DNA of 64,000 nucleotides. Origin: Octopus sinensis. Taxonomy: Eukaryota. The position numbers and the translations under genes are program-made. Under the pieces are notes generated by a model that was given only the letters and a program-made list of their open reading frames with translations, was not told the origin of the DNA and made no database searches. Position 1 is the first letter of the stretch; every line of letters starts with the position of its first letter. Shown here piece by piece: positions 63,101 through 64,000 of the stretch. The stretch lies in the NCBI RefSeq assembly GCF_006345805.1, contig NC_042997.1, forward strand, positions 156,240,001 to 156,304,000, given 5' to 3'.

Positions 63101-64000
63101 ATGTGTGTGTGTGTGTGTGTGTGCGTGCATGCATGAGTGCGTGTGGAAGCTGAAAAACTGTCAAGCAAAAAGGCAAAAAGTTCTTAGTCTAAACTACCTT
63201 CCAGAGCTTCTTTTTAGATAAGAAATAAGTTGAATACAGGAAAGTATCAGAAAATAGAAGAAAACAGTAAAATAGAATTCAAGAAACAGTTTAAAAATCA
63301 CATAAATTTAAAATAATTTATAATCTAATAATCCTTTCTACTATAAGCACAAGGCCTGAAATTGTGGGGAAGGGGATAGTCAATCACATCAGTCCCAGTC
63401 CTTGACTGGTACTTAATTTATTGATCTCAAAAGGATGAAGAGCAAAGTTGAGATCAGCAAAATTTGAAATTAGAACTAAAGACAGATGAAATGTCACAAA
63501 GCATTTTGCCGACATACTAACGATTCTGCCAGCTGACCCCGCTTCATTTAAAATTTTAAAATAATAATAAAAAAAAGAAGATAAATCCATCTTGAATTTA
63601 GAAGGATGACTAAGCTGATGTTTTGCTTAAAGTAGTGATCATATATTGAGAAGTCAAAAATAAGAGAGCACTGTTATATACTGGGATGTTGAGGTAAATT
63701 ATTATTAATTCAAAATAATATATTAAATGACTACTGTCAGTTTCCAAATCATAGACATATGGAATTTTTCAGTTGGAGTATGGATTTTGATTAAATAGAT
63801 CTGCCCGTGCCATGGACTGGTTTACAGAGAACCATTTTGCAATCATTTTGGAAACTTACAACCTGGTGTCTTTATCTTTTATCATTGATTATTTACTTGT
63901 TTCAGTCATTAGACTGTGCCCATGCTGGGGCACTGCCTTGAAGGATTTTAGTTGAATAAATCAACCCCAGGACATTTTCTTTTTTAAGCCTAGTTCTTAT

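Overview
This 64-kb window is AT-rich eukaryotic non-coding DNA, almost entirely repeats. The SINE families and microsatellite density resemble a cephalopod, probably Octopus; that is an inference needing BLAST confirmation. No host protein-coding gene could be called with confidence, and there is no rRNA, true tRNA gene or CRISPR array. Most supplied ORFs are microsatellite or SINE read-throughs. The window holds three full-length but dead Tc1/mariner elements and decayed LINEs of the RTE, CR1, HERO-like, R4/Dong-like and Penelope types. It also holds non-autonomous Helitrons, several MITE types and dozens of tRNA-derived SINEs. The most notable signal is two families of small hammerhead-ribozyme (HHR) repeats of Penelope-pLTR/retrozyme type. 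One is a ~161-bp tandem/inverted array at 1329-1795, with a dispersed copy at 40694-40947. The other is an inverted pair at 8657-9010 whose core shows the compensatory U3-A8 variant. A second theme is local fold-back and templated copying: a 275-bp near-perfect palindrome, several small perfect palindromes, a 1.1-kb composite inverted+direct duplication and a 112-bp ectopic copy of a dead LINE segment. All alignments and folds were done by eye.
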